From positions 61,628,001-61,692,000 of the forward strand of contig NC_043001.1 in assembly GCF_006345805.1 (NCBI RefSeq): DNA of 64,000 bases. The letters are read 5' to 3'. Both the position numbers and the translations under genes were made by a program. The notes beneath the pieces were generated by a model that had not been told where the DNA came from, searched no databases, and worked only from the letters and a program-made list of their open reading frames with translations. This document shows positions 27,270-42,039 of the stretch, piece by piece (positions within the stretch are counted from its first letter, which is position 1; each line of letters opens with the position of its first letter). The DNA is from Octopus sinensis. Lineage: Eukaryota.

Positions 27270-27910
27270 CGAGTTACATGCCAGAAGCTTTTAGGCATTT
27301 TCAGGAGAGATATTTATGATTTTAAAAAAAGAGTAAAACTTTATCTCATTCGAGGTAGGATCGTCTAACTTCAGTACAATTGTAGTATTCCAGCCACGTC
27401 CTGATGACTCCGCGGAGGTGTCCTCAATCCTTGTTAAATACTCCTTCAGCCTGGAGAATAATCAAAAGTCATAGGAAGCAATGTCCATGGTGTAGGAGTG
27501 GATTTTGATGTCACTCATTCATAAGTTGTTGGTTACCACGATGAAATTGTAGACTAGCACAATGTCCTGGTGTAGGTACCCTAGCCTTCTGCGGCGAAAT
27601 TTCTTGCTAAATTCCACCAAACGTCCACAAATTACACTTTGTTGACCGTCTGACCAGAATGAAACCAGTACATGTAGTTGATTTCCTTGCTGTCGAAAAA
27701 GGGAACCATCGTGAGCTTTCCGCTGGGCTTACTTTGCCTGGCCTCATGTGCCAGCAAAAAGCAGAATGCTTGGTTCATACAACGCAATCCATAATCAGTT
27801 TGGAGTATTTGATAATTTTGTGTATCGGTTTTACTCAGTTTAACACAAAACTTTATTGTATACCGAGCAAACAAAATGTCTTTACATTTCGACTGCATTG
27901 TGCATACTAG
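27270..27910 (-). mobile_element. Highly decayed, internally deleted mariner
   Basis: RYTIKFCVKLSKT, KARQS..GKLTMVPFFDSKEI..GQTVNK remnants. Confidence 0.7.
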
Positions 27911-28329
27911 TTAGCTGTGGCAAGCAGTGTTTGATCGTCTCCTTTAATCTGGAACCACAAAGTTGGCTCTTTCAATCTGAAACCACAAAAGTTAGCAGGT
28001 AGTCTAATAAGCATATACACCTAATTAGATATTTAGTTAGAAATTTATGATATTACTATAGTAATGATATCCAAAATTTACAATAAACTAGGACGGTTAC
28101 AATTGCCTCAGCAACGCACATCATATAAGTGGCAAGTGCCCAATGTGTCGAATCATGGTGTGAATGAGGCTAGAACGAACGGTGAAGGTCCTTTACCCGG
28201 CAGTTGCTCTGTGGATGAGTAGCACAGGTCCAGATGTCACCCACAGACTGTCTATACACAAAATCAAGGCAGAGAAAAATGTGCGACAAGGAGGCAAACC
28301 GAACTGTAAATGCGAAATGGCTCAGAAGT

Positions 28330-29460
28330 GAACTCAGTTATCTGTCTTCATACTTTACATGTTGATCCCAGATTTCCCCACTCCAAAAAAGTCTGTTTCG
28401 TCTCTATCAGGTACCACTGTTAGGAGTAATTTGCCAATCTAATTCCTTAAACAGTTTTCTCTGATTAGCTTCAAATAATATTTTGGCCTGAATGGTTTTG
28501 TTTTATTGTCATAGCTTTCCAATTTTGCCTTGATTGCTACTGCGTTTTCTTTCAGTTCTTCCGATATCAGGTCATATCCTTTATATGTTATTCTATATGT
28601 TCTTTCCAGCTTTATCCTTATGCTTTCGTTTTGCAATCACCCTCTTTTCCGTCTATCAACTCGTCCCAAATGTCTTGTTTCTCACAAATTCGTCTACGCC
28701 AATATGATTCTTTGCATACTGCTTGTTCTAATCTTTAGCATACAACCCTCTCTCATTGATAATCTTGTGGGTTTCAGTTATATTTCCCGCCTGATATAGT
28801 CCAAGAACAGAATCTATTTTCTCGGTTTCTGTTGTTAGATTAAATATCTCAGATTCGGAAGTGTTTGCTCCTGGTTTTCATTAATATATATCGAAACATC
28901 ATCCTTTCTATGTCATGTTAATCATCATCATTCTTGTAATATACCTCTTCTCATTACTTGTCATTGCTGACAACGCAAACTTTGCTTTAAAATCTTCATC
29001 GCCACCATTCATTTCTCTGTCCTCAATAGGCACGCTATCAGCTGGTGAAATATTAAGACTTTTCTATTTTCCTTTTTTATTTCTTGAATTCAATTTCTTT
29101 GTCTGTTAACCACCCATTTGTTCCTATTGCTCTTGCCTGGTCGGCTAACGGTTACTCACTCATCTCAAAGCTTCCTATTTTACTTCAATTTGATATACGT
29201 TTCCAGAATCCTCTTCTACTGCGTTCACTTCTGTAATTGATAATAGTGCGTTTTGCCTCCTTTTGCTATCTTTTTCTCTGCCTCTGATTTTGAGCATAAG
29301 CAGCATTTGGGTGACGACCAGACCTGTGCTGCTCGGAAGCACGGCACCTGCTGGGCGAAAGGCTTTCACCGCTGATTCCATCTTCATTTACACCGTGATT
29401 CGATACACTTGCATTGGACATTTTCACTCTATACTGAGGTTTGCAGTATTTTTATGCAGA
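28330..29460 (-). mobile_element. R4/Dong-like non-LTR retrotransposon, N-terminal ORF relic
   Basis: LADQARAIGTNGWLTDKEIE and EELKENAVAIKAKLESY remnants, with many stops. Confidence 0.6.
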
Positions 29461-29989
29461 CACCATCTCTAGAAAGATTGCCAACCCAGAATGAAGAGCT
29501 CTTACTACCCATAAGTTGGGACAATTCACATTTTCATTTCTGAGTGTTGGGGACCATGGGAACAGCTATATAATGTCCATGGTTTGCATTGAGAAACAGA
29601 TAACCTCGGTGTATTCCATATCTTAATCCGACTATTACTCGGAAGTTGGCTACCGACTTGCAGTTCATTGTCCTTCACAAGAGTGAAGCTGTTGACATCT
29701 ACCAACTCGTCATCAAGATGACTAAAGAGTACTATATGCTCCAGTTTTTAAATTAGAGTGTTCCTTCTCCTAGACAGACTGCCAACCAAGGCGAACCAGG
29801 TCTGCCTACACGTTTTTGGATGGCCATCAACTCTCCTGCATTCCGCTGCCCTTTGCTGGATTTAGTTTTTCTTCCTGCAGGTCATCCAAAAAGTATTTCA
29901 CACTCCTCACCAAGCAAGCATAGTAGGGTTCCCTAATTAGCCGCCAATGTACGATCATGTAACGTTCGCATTGCATCACGTGCCAAAAT

Positions 29990-30870
29990 TATTACTATTT
30001 ATTGTCTTTGCACAGCTTCCAACGCTGGAGATGTACTACGGTGTCAGCTGTTCACTACCAGTGAACTAAGGTAACACCCCTTATTTTTCGAGCACCATCC
30101 AGAGTATTCGAGCAGTTCCTAGCATGGCTGTTTTCTAAAAGTGCTCCACCTTTATTGCAGCCCCTATTTATTCCATGTACTTCTCAAGATTTTTACTCAC
30201 TGTTCCCAGGTCTACAGTAATTATTGGTACTACTACCATATTTTTCAGCGACCACAACTGCTTAAACTCCCAACCTAACCTGTCATATCTATCAACTTAT
30301 TTTCTTCTTTATCGCATACTTTGTTGCCACCTAGGCATGCTATATCTATGATCCAACATAGTTTGCTTTCTTTCTCAATTAAGACTATGTCTGACGACTA
30401 CGTCTGGCTTCCTATTCTCTATCTCATAGCCGCACTGAATCATAAAATCCCATAGGATCTTTGCATTATCATTTTCGATGATGCCTTCGGGTTTATGATC
30501 GTGCCACTTTTTTGCTCTGTCAAGTCCATACTTGTTGCAAAGTGTTCAATGGACAATCCTGGCTATATTGTCGTGACAACTCTTATATTCTTTCTGGGCT
30601 AGTGGCGTACATTGACTGCTAATATGCTAATATGACAACTACCTTGTCTTTCTGTCAAAGCTGTTTCGTTCGTCTACTGTCCATGCGATTACTCCCGCTC
30701 CATATCTAAGTCCAGGTGTTGATAGCTTCAATCTTATTCCGTCCGTTTAATTTTGACTTAAGGATCAGTCTCAGTCTGCGCAAGTACTCCACCTTAAAAT
30801 TTTCTATCAATTTTCTTATTTCTCTGATAATCCAGTTCAGCACATTGAAGCTATAAGTAACAACTGGAGC
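29990..30870 (-). mobile_element. R4/Dong-like LINE 3' end (zinc knuckle remnant plus restriction-like endonuclease)
   Basis: YLRRLRLILKSKLNGRNKIEAINTW, CTPLAQKEYKSCHDNIARIVHW, KILWDF..RKPD..IIDIA, KTAMLGTARIL. Short (taa) tail. Confidence 0.85.
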
Positions 30871-31790
30871 TACTAAGGAATTAAAGCTAAACCAGAAATC
30901 AGACAAAAAGAATTACGTAATTTTCCGCTGAGCAGGCACCTAGAATTATGCAGAAACAGCAGATTCAAGATCTTTCGTTTCTACAGATGCCATAGGGATG
31001 ATATAAAGTACCGGAAGGCAATGGAACTACATTTTTTAAAAAACTCTTACTTAAAATAAACGTGTAAAATATATTTATAAACACGGGAAATCACTATTTA
31101 AAAAATTAGTTTCTCATGTGAACCAAACTAGATTACCACTGAATATCATTATTAATAATGTTCTAATTATTGTTCTTAAGATAACTGGAAAAATTCACTC
31201 AAGTAATCAGCACACAACACACTCTCTCACACACATACCCTTAAACACACACAGATTCACACGCTCATTCAAAACCTTTCTAAACAATTTGATAGATTTT
31301 ACTTTTTACAGATGACAACTGAAAAGAACTACATTTACACAATGCTAAATGAAATTTATGGAAATTAATAAATTTGACCATTTTGACATGTCATCAATTT
31401 CAACCGTACCAGAAAAACAACCCTTTATTTTTTTATTTTTCCTTTTCTCTCTCAAAGCAAGCATCCCAAATTTCGTCACATACACACATACTTACACATA
31501 CATACATACATGTACATATACGCACATGTATACACACACATATATATATATACACACATAGAGATTCGAAATGACGAAGAACATCTCAACCCCTTCCAAA
31601 TCGACCTCTTCCCAAAACACAAGAAAGCAAATCCAACTAACATATAAACAAAAGTTTTGAATTTTCTATAAAAATATTCATGATGAATCCCTCAAAGGGA
31701 CAAACGCGCTCAATAAATTGTTTTTATCTAAATCCCGACTGCCTCATTTTTTTTCAAATTTCCACATAACTTCAAATGTTTGTATGTATG

Positions 31791-31824
<34 letters not shown>

Positions 31825-33499
31825 TGTATGTATATATGCATGTATGTATGTATGTATGTATGTATGTATGTATGTATGTATGTATGTAGGTGAGTAGGTA
31901 GGTACGTACGTACGTACGTAGGTACGTAGGTAGGCAGGCAGGTATCTATGTATAATAGTACACGATTGGAAAGTGGAGATAACTTCAGGTTGGCAACAAT
32001 TCCCCGGAAATCGTACGCCATTAAGAGATAAACAATGTTTTTATGGAGTTATTAAGACAGCTGTATTCATGTGATTCAACCACAATAAGCGTCCGTGGCA
32101 CAGCAATTTTGGTATTTTTCTCTTGCACCACATAATTCTTAGGCATAACTAAAAAGAGAAGAAAGAGACATACATAGATTACAAGCCATGAGAAGTGTCA
32201 CAACTTACTTCCCACTTTCTGTTTTGTTTAACCCGTTTCCTTTTATAAATATACATAAATATTACATTTGTCAACTTAAGGTGCATGATCCATAACACAT
32301 TTTATAAAGAATATATGATTCCGTAATTCAAATATCCCAGCAATAGTTTTCACATTGATATATTCATTGATAAGCTCCACATGTTTCAAAGAAAAATCCC
32401 TATAAAAATTTGTCCAACCAAAAAATGTCTAAAGAAATGCTTTTAAGAAATCAATAGATATTCGCAAATTATTTTAAAATCTATCTTTCCTTGAAGCGTC
32501 ACCTGCCTACCTATATAACTGAAAATTGCCCCACTCAATTGTTTTCAGTATCACACAATCGCAACCTATTGATGAGTATATAAGGAGTTTCAATTCCCTC
32601 AACAACTGTCATTGTAAGACCAAAAATGTCAAACTCAGATAAGCGACTCTTTCAGACATAGCTATAATAAATAACATTGTATTAACTTTTTTAGTTTTCA
32701 TTTTGTTTCCTTTCATGCTAGAGGGAAAACAGAAAATGTTAGTACCACTGAAGGTGTATGGAAAATCATTGCATATATACTAAAACTATGGACACTATGG
32801 CGCAAAGAATTAAGGAAAAGAAAATCCTATATGTGTGCGTGCATTTACATATAAATGAACGCACTGAGGAGGTTAAATAATTTAGCAAATGGTTACTATA
32901 CACATTAAAACACATATTCACCGAAAATTAAGCCACGAACACCATACCTATGGCTGTTACATATTTATTTATGAAAGACATGAAATAAAGCAAAACAAAT
33001 AAAAAGAAATAATTTGGTTATTCAGCTATTGTGTCAATATCATTCTAATATCCTTCTCAAAACTTCATAACCTCACGTATAAATGACGACTCGGATAATC
33101 ACGATGACCTTAATTTCAATATCTGCATCATTAAATACAGTTCAATTCAATAAGACAGTTATATCACAAATCAAATAAGACGCCGTACCAAGTAAACGAT
33201 ATATTCAAAATTAACAGTGAATCATAAGTGCGCATGGAAACGGTAACAAAAAATGTGATAGAGGTTTAAACGCAACTATGCAATTAATCTCATTCACCTC
33301 AAATGTCATTCACCATAAAATACTCCGAACTCATAAAAAGTCTGAGTTCCATTAATAACAAAGTCGTCCTTTTTTATTAAAATGTTTCTTTTTCCATGCA
33401 TTCATTACATACATGCATACATAATTGATAGATTTGCCACCAGCGGCAAAATATTTCAGGACACAACAACTGGATTATATATTACAAGTAGTTATATCT

Positions 33500-35260
33500 C
33501 TCGAATATTAAGATGTAGATAAGAATCTTTCCAAAAACGGTTGGTCATATATAATCGAAGAAAAATGCAATTAGTGGGTGTTGTTTGTCTATAATTCACT
33601 TTTCCTCTCTTTTCCAAAAGCAAAACGAGTAAACACAGCTTGCCTTCTCAATGTATACAGATTTTCAAATTAGATTTTCTAGTTGATTTTTCTGTCATGT
33701 TACATTTCTATGTTGAGGTGTGTACGAATGATTTTTGTATTGGACGTTGTTTTCTAGGTATGTTTTAGAAACAATTCCATCTTTGTTTGACAACCTGGCA
33801 CACAAATAAGTTTTTGAAGTCACAACTACCTAATGCATCCAAATACTTGAGCTAGAAATTTTAACAATTTATAAAGAAGAGTTTTTCGCCTTAGAGATTA
33901 TGTCCTGTTTTATGTTAGTGTTGATACTTCTCAAGGCGTTAGACGGTGATCTGAAGTTTTCAAGAATCTTTAAAATAGTGTAACATGGCAGTGTTACAAA
34001 ATCCACTATAACGAATAGGTAATAATAAGCGGGGAACAACATGACTGGAGACATTTTCCTTGCATCATTCATGAAGAAAATGTTATAATCAAATTGCATC
34101 ATTATAGCACTATTCGATCCGTCTCTAAAATTCTTCAGGATCATCTTGGAGAGGAGCATCTATGATATTAATACATTGATGTTCTGGATTTAGTAAAAAC
34201 TTGCAACTGACTGCCTTCCGTTCTCGTATTTTTTTTCTGGATAACGAAGCATTTTACTTAGCCCTCGCAGTTCGTGTTTAAGGTTAATTAACTTGCAGGT
34301 TTCGTGACACTTGTCGCCGGTTACATTGACTTTAGATAGCTTGTCATAAAGTCACAGTCCATAGTTAGTCAGTTTATTACTCACTTCACACCTAATGATA
34401 GTGCCTAATTGTCCAATAAGTTTTATGTGTCTCTCGATATTTATCAGGAGATAGATCATCTATTTTCATTGTTATTTGCTCATTACGACTGACTTTCATT
34501 ACTCTCATTTATTACCGAATGTTAATTGTAGAAGAGTAAAGAACATAGTTCAATGCCCCAAAATTAACATTTTCGAGCTCTGCTAGTTGTTCCTAAGGTT
34601 CTGCGTGGTCTATCGTCGATAACATGGAGTGAGTATGTTTCCTTTCAATTCCAGTTGTAATTGTTCATTCCTGTTACTGTTTAGTAATGCGGATGGTAAA
34701 ATTTTCTTTGAATTTTGATGGTTTCTTTGCTTTCAGCTTCTTATATTCCCCTCTCATTACCACTGTGTGTTCCTAACTAGTTGCCGCTCATGCTTGTAAT
34801 GATGACATATACTTTTAATGTTTTCACACGAGAAGCGGTTCACGTTTACATTCATTTTTCAGAAGTATTCACCGATCTTGTTGGGTCCTCTTAATGTGCG
34901 ATTTTCATGATTTGTAGAGATAAGAGCAATGTGTTTTTATTGACGAAGGTTGCTTATTGACATAGATGTTTGGCTCTGAAATGCAAGTAACTGGGATATT
35001 TTAGATCCTAGTTAATCTTCGTTCTGTCATTTAGCCAATCGCGGTAACTTCTCTAGCGTCTTTTGCCCCAGTCTAGAATTGAGAGAGATTTCGTTTCCGT
35101 TAAAACGTTCACTGAGATTTTTCTTCATAGTTCCGAGAACTGCGACTGCTTGCTTCAGTCTCCTATTCAACCATCGTTTGTAGTAGTAACGGCACGTGTT
35201 GAGTGTCATTTAACTTTCACTACTTCATTACTGGCAGTAATATTTAACCGAAGAAGATAA
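33500..35260 (-). mobile_element. Possible ancient RTE-like LINE relic
   Basis: Weak motifs only: GKRR-RSYRDWLND, ILKILENFRSP, NIKQDIIS. Confidence 0.25.
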
Positions 35261-36080
35261 TTAGTTATTACCAGGCTAGTATGAGTGGCGTAAATTGTAG
35301 GGGATTGTATTAATTACAAAATAGAAGTCTACCTGAACAGATGGGACTGAATTTGACATTATACGTAAAGTATGTATGCACCTATGCATGTATGTATACA
35401 TCGTTACATAGATGCATGGATGAATCTATATATGCATTTTCACTAACTTTCTAATAAAGTTATTTTGATTTGGTGATATATAAATTATGATATATAAATT
35501 GACAACTTCATTAATTTGCCCTTTCCCAATAGGTTTAATATGCTCATCATCTGTGATGTGAATAACTGATTAACATTTTGTGGTTAAGCGAGTAGCAGCC
35601 TTTATTTCAAGAATTGCAGGCAAGCCGAAAAGTTACTGCACGGTAACTTGTGCTTATTACGTGCCTTCATTTTGTAGTTTATTTGATGTCCAGTATTTTT
35701 GAATCATAGCATTCACGAGCTGTTCAATGGTCATGCATTTCCAGGGACAAAATATCTAGCTTAGAGTATATTTTACTGCATAGATTAAAGTATGTCTATC
35801 TTTTACACAGCAACTGGCGTGTCCACAGACATACTATTAATACCCTTCTAATACACAGAAAGGTATAAATATGCAGTTTAGCATGTTTACATTATATTTT
35901 AATAAAACAAGTGTCACTGGCGAAAATTGTAGTGGATTGTATCTAGTTGAATATACTTTAAGACATTCTATCTTCCCTGAAATATGTGCTCTTTGTCCCA
36001 TATGTATGCGTGTGTCTGTGTCTGTGTAGTGTGGGTGTGTGCGTGCGTAGTGTGTATATATATGTGTGTATGTATATATG

Positions 36081-36116
<36 letters not shown>

Positions 36117-37877
36117 GACTGTTCAATAAGTATTACAATTATTAATATACCTTACACCGATGATTCAACTCAGTCCATTGCGTTGTGGCATAAAATGTAA
36201 TAATTGTATGCACACACACACACACATTAACATACACATATTACATACACATGCACATACATATATTCATACACCTAGACCCATACATGTGCGTGTGCGT
36301 GTGTGTGTGTGTGTGTTTTTGTGTGTGCATGTGTTTTTGTGTGTTTGTATGTGCATTGTGTATCAGAGGATATAACAATAGCTAATAGAATCTAGAAATA
36401 ATTTGATATTGATCTAATTGCTTTCATTTCGTTTTCATTGGTTTGTAAGTCATACACGTATTTTCGCCATTTATATCTTCTCATTTCCATGTATATGTCT
36501 GATGATCATAATCATTTATCAACTTTTGAAATCCACCTCTTCATCTCCTAACTTCTAGTAATTTCAATAGCTGAGTCTGTTCCATACCGACTCGTCTTAC
36601 TGCGACGTTTTTAAATCCCACTATATGAGATAAATCTTCGTTTGGAAATACGTGAATTGCACTAAGAATATATGTGAATTTGGCATGATTTTTATCATGA
36701 AAAACTCTATTTTCAGATGTATTATAGAGCTTGTAATGTTTTAGTCTTTTCTATATTGTTATCCTTTTTATTTCTATGATCGGTGTTTCATACTTCGCAA
36801 TAATTCCTTCAAATGTTACATACCTAAACACAACTTCGAATAAAAGGCAACGATAAGATCAGTTTGGCATAGATGGATGTTGAATAGCAGCGTCTTAAGT
36901 CACAACCATTTGCTAATGAACTTTCATCTTCCTTCAGATGATTACTATCACAATAAATTATTTGTATTAGTTTCCAGTTTCATTCCATTCGAAAGCATGT
37001 AAAGATACCGATCTTGATTCCGCAGCGTCGGTCTTTCATTTTGCTGAGTGATACTGTCAGTTTTTCATTCTCCTATTTCAGATTCGTACACATTTCCCTC
37101 ATCATGAGTTCAAGTATATGATTTTACTTTCTGTTCGACTTTAATTCGTTAGTTGCAAGAGTCATTCACGTCTACCCATATCTTTTTTTTATCTAAATCG
37201 CTTATATATCTCTTCAGATTATACTGTCGATGCTATTATGTCCTACGTAAATGCTTGTGCTTATAATGCTGCTCCAACTATTGATCGTATTAATTGCAAT
37301 AATGTTAATGGTGATGATTGTCTTAATAATGATCATCATTATGAAGATAATCATCATGGCAACTGAAGTGATGCTGTAAGTAGTGGCCAGCCCCTACTTT
37401 TGCTAGCGATGAGTCTGCTAATGATGATTATTATAAGAAAGCATATAAACAAGGGATTACACTGAAGGAAATCGTGATTCCTATTGAATCTATCGAAAAT
37501 TGCGAAATCGTTGGAGAACGAATGATCAAATAATAAGTTCTCAATTTGTGGTGTCAGAAAAAGAAAATAAGACAGGGGAAATAGTTCAAATAAGGAGAAA
37601 ATCATGAACTATTATTCTACTGTGAAATATCAGTATTTAGTACACATGAATTATACCCTGGTTATGAATTTCTTTAATTTAATTTAAAACTTTCGATTAT
37701 TAATTTCACATTGCTTTAACACACTATCGCACTGACTATCAGATGTCTTTATACACTACTGATTACAACGCAGTCCTATTTTTTCCTTGATTGTGCACAT
37801 CTTTTCCATTTGGGTCCGAATTCTTTCACTATGTAAATATTGTGTTAACTAGTATTTGCATGTTATTCATACATATA

Positions 37878-38372
37878 TCTATATATATAAAACTCTAGTT
37901 GTGTGAGTGTCTATCCCCTTCGATTTAGATTCCTAACTCCTCCCACATTTTGCGGTGCAGTTTAACCAAATTCGGGTATCTTATAGTCGTGATTCATATC
38001 GAGCCCGTCTGACTATTAGCGCGCGTCAACGATGAGTCTACGATTTTAAAAATAATTTAACATCATTTTTTATTCCATTTTAATGCATAAAATGCATCGT
38101 GTGTCGATGGCGGCGGAGTTGGCGTCCACGCTCACAGCTGCACCTGTTTGCTTCTCCCTCGTGAAGCTGTGGGGAAGGGAGTGTAAAGAAATCAACGTCG
38201 TAATGCGTTGTGAAGGAAACCAGCGTTCTTTTAGAACAACGACTTCATGGCTTGAAGACACCAAAACAAAAATGGCTAAGAAAGCCCGAATTTATAAGGG
38301 AAGTAACTCTCTAAAAATGCTTATATAGTTATTTCCCTTACAAACCCGAGCAACGCCGGGCGATACTGCTAG
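37878..38372 (+). mobile_element. Non-autonomous Helitron
   Basis: 5' TC after A, 3' hairpin cccg-agcaacgc-cggg, terminal CTAG followed by T (AT target, no TSD). Confidence 0.75.
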
Positions 38373-39454
38373 TTATATATAAAGATGTATAGACATGTAT
38401 GCATGTGTGTGTGTGTGTGTGGCACGAAATTTCTGACAAAATCATTGCAACGGTGACAGGAGGGACATTATATGTAACAGTATAACTATGAGATGATTTG
38501 TTTTGATGCACCACACAATATATCTGGAAGAAGCAGCAGTGCCGCTTATCTAAATGAGCACAAATCCCAAGAAGAATAATGTTGAACAATGTAAGATTCC
38601 GTTTTTCTTAATGTTATCCGAAATATTTAGGGCGGGAAAAGTATTCAGACATGTACTTTCTTGTTGTAAGCATACATCTGGCGTGTGTACACAAACAACC
38701 TTTATAGTAGAGAAGTATCTAACTAATTATTAGATCTGACGTCCAGAAATTCTCTCAGTTTCCTGAAATGTCTTGAACGAGAAATACTCTGTATCTTTCA
38801 CTAAAGAATGCTAAGAAATCGGTTATCAAATTTCATAGATATTAATACACGAAACTAGCATTATAATTAACATATCGCCAGGAAATGACAGACTCATTAG
38901 AACGTTGGTCTATTAAATTCCTATTGCTTTAACTCTCTATCGTATTTCTTGCGATTTTTCAATTTCAAAATCCTGCCGTAGTCAACCCATCACTATTTCG
39001 TGGTCAACTTTTAAAGATATTAGTCAAGCACTGGGGATGATGGTGAGGAGTAAACCCTCCACACAGAGTTTGTATCCTAGTGCCTTACTCAGAAACCCTT
39101 ATGGCAAACAGGATTAAATTTAGCCATATGTGTAGGCAACTGGTGTGAAACAATAAAATCAAGGCTTTGAATTGTAGTTATATATTTTTCGTCTTATTAC
39201 GAGTTATATAACCTGACGGATTGACGAATTTTAATTAAACCATCTAAATTCGTAAGCTACTTCTGGAAAAGATGCAATTTATAATTCATTGGAACTATTT
39301 CTGCTAGGTTTACCAAATAATTTTATATGTAGAAAGAATGTCCATTCTAAATTTCAGCTACTCAACCGAAAAGATTCCTAATTGGAAAATGTACTATTTC
39401 GATTATAATACATAATTATATTTATATAAAATCAACAAAACACACACACATTGG

Positions 39455-39529
<75 letters not shown>

Positions 39530-39567
39530 GTGTGTGTGTGTGTGTGTGCGCGCGTTCGTGTGTGTGT

Positions 39568-39872
39568 GTGTGTTAAATATAATGAGACAACAAAACAAAG
39601 GCTGTGTGGAATTTATAGGGCATTTATAAAAGGAAAGGTAGTGTTACAGGTGTTTCTGGGATATAAGGGATATCCCTTCATCAAACACCATATGAGAGAG
39701 TTAACTAGAGGGAAATGGTAGAGTCCAATACAAGGAGTCATTTTGCATGTAGGAGGTTATCCCTAATGAAGGGGTACCCTAATATCCCAGAAACAGTTGT
39801 AACACTATCTTTTCCTTTGTAAATGAATTCCACACAGCCTTGGTTTTGTTGCCTCATTTTATTTAACACATG
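39568..39872. mobile_element. Older fold-back insertion with a degenerate hammerhead in each arm
   Basis: Arms about 39568-39682 and 39766-39872. Left arm, minus strand: gtgt-TTGATGA-agggatat/atatccca-GAAAC-acct-GTA-acac. Right arm: CTAATGA..GAAAC-agtt-GTA-acac. Confidence 0.7.
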
Positions 39873-40015
39873 CATGCTCACACAAGGCCTGCAGTAGACT
39901 CCTCACTCGTATTATTATCGATCCGAGAGTCTAACTACGGTCCTCCCGTAGCACTTACATAGCCTAACCTGCTATCTTGGGTTTTCTAGATACCAATACC
40001 TCTCATATATATACA

Positions 40016-40800
40016 TACAGGGTGCGTAAGATATTTGAGGATAGATTTATGTTTATAAAAAACAGATATATAATAACAGATAATAAATTTATTTATCAAA
40101 AAATGCTATGAGGATAAAAATAAACCTTCTTTTCTATAGTGTTATTCAATAAAGCCACCTTCAGCTTCAACAATTGCTTCTATATGAGACCTAAATCATC
40201 TACATGCTTGAATCAAGTGGTTCTGATTCATTTTGGACATTACTCAGACTATGGAAGCTTTCAAAATATCTTTGGTGTCATGGGCGTGTTCATGAACTCT
40301 CTCTCGGCAACGCTCCACATGTAATAATCCAATGGAATGAGATCTGAGGAATTAGAAGGCCAAATTGTTGGGGTTATGTGATCATGAGATCTTTCAGCCA
40401 TCCATTCCTGTGTTACTAGAGCCATGTGTCTTACTGAAACACATACGGCCTTCCATTGTTTACACTGTCTATCCACGGCTTACAAATATTTCCGGGACCT
40501 CAGTGTAGGCGACAGAGTTAACTCTAAGGGCTTGTGGAAATAAGGAGACATCACATGTCCTTCATTGCTGACAACCCCTAAAACCATGACAGTTGCAAAA
40601 AATTTAGTATGCATAACACTTGGAACTTCAGAAGGGTCTGTACATAACCACCTCTCATTTCTTTCAGTTAACTTTTTGATCTTGGTCGAAGTTTTTCTCG
40701 TTTGCTGAATTTTCAGTTTGTTTAAAAACCTTTAAGATCTGATGTAATTTTCTTTTGCTTTTTCTGACAAATTAAACTTTCCACATCATATAAGACTTAT
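40016..40800 (-). mobile_element. maT/DD37D-like transposon 3' half
   Basis: WPSNSSDLIPLDYYMWSVAE motif. TIR cagggtgcgtaagatatttgaggatagattt. Confidence 0.8.
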
Positions 40801-40939
40801 ATACTACTAATACTATATTGTAAACTTTACAGTATAGTATATAATCAGATGATTATCTGTTTCATACTGTATACAAGAATATATACATATATATGTATGT
40901 GTGTATGTATGTATTTCTGAATGCTGCAAGATTATTTGT

Positions 40940-41957
40940 ACACAAAGTTCTGTTGGAATTTGAGGCATGTGATGGTAATGTTTCACTTGTATCAAAGAGG
41001 AAAAAAATATTCACAACGCTCAGACACTAAAACGACACCGGAATGTATACATGTTCAAAACATTATCAATGAAAATACCAGAAGATCAATGAGATGCATT
41101 GCCAAAGAACTTCGGGTGTCAGAGTGGATTATCAGAACTGTGGTACATCGTGACATTCGATAGAAGTCCTGTATAATGAGGAAAGACCATTTCATGTCTG
41201 CAAAACGGTTACTTAAGAAAATGAAAAACCTTCATAAACAGGGCATGCTTTGGTTTTTCTCTGACGAAAACAAAACTTTGACTAGGGTCAAACGTCTTGT
41301 CGAATATATGGCAGGTGGTTATGTGCAGATCCTTCTGAAGTACCCAGAATGGTGCACACAAAATTTCCAGCAACTACAATGGCTTTAAGAGTGGTGAGTA
41401 GGGAAGGTCATGTGATGCCTCCCCAGTTTTTTCCAAGGGTCTTAGAATTAATGCTGCTGGATACATTGAAGTACTGGAAATTGTTATCAAGCTCTGGATT
41501 GATGAAGTCTGCAATGGAAAGCCATACGTGTTTCAACAAGACTCAGCACCTTCTCACAAAGCCCTAGTCACCCAAGAATGGTTGTCAAACTTATCTTTAC
41601 GATTATGTAACACTCAATATGTGGCTTCCAAACTCGCCAGATTTGAACAGCATGGACTATTACGTATGAAGCGCTGTTGAATGGGAGATTAATCATCATC
41701 CTCAAAATACTATAGCTTCACTCAAGGCCACCATTTTCCAGGTGATGTCCGAAATGAATAAGGTCTATATAGTGTCAGCATCCCAGCAGTGAAGCAGTCA
41801 TCGAAGTCGAAGACGGTTTCATAAAATAATTTGTTTAAAAAATCATTATCAAGTCTAATTGTACAAATATTTATTCAAATACATATTTATTTATGCTGAA
41901 ATATAATTGTTTTATTGTATACCAAATCTGCCCTCAAATACCCCTCGTATCCTGTAT
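40940..41957 (+). mobile_element. maT/DD37D-like transposon lacking its 5' TIR
   Basis: RRSMRCIAKELRVSE, WFFSDE, FQQDSAPSH, WLPNSPDLNSMDYY. 3' TIR aaatctgccctcaaata..tatcctgta. Confidence 0.82.
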
Positions 41958-42039
41958 ATATATTATACAAAATTAAGGATGAAGCCACGTGAAATAAAAA
42001 ATCATAGAGGTTACAAATTATTCTAATTTATAATTATAC

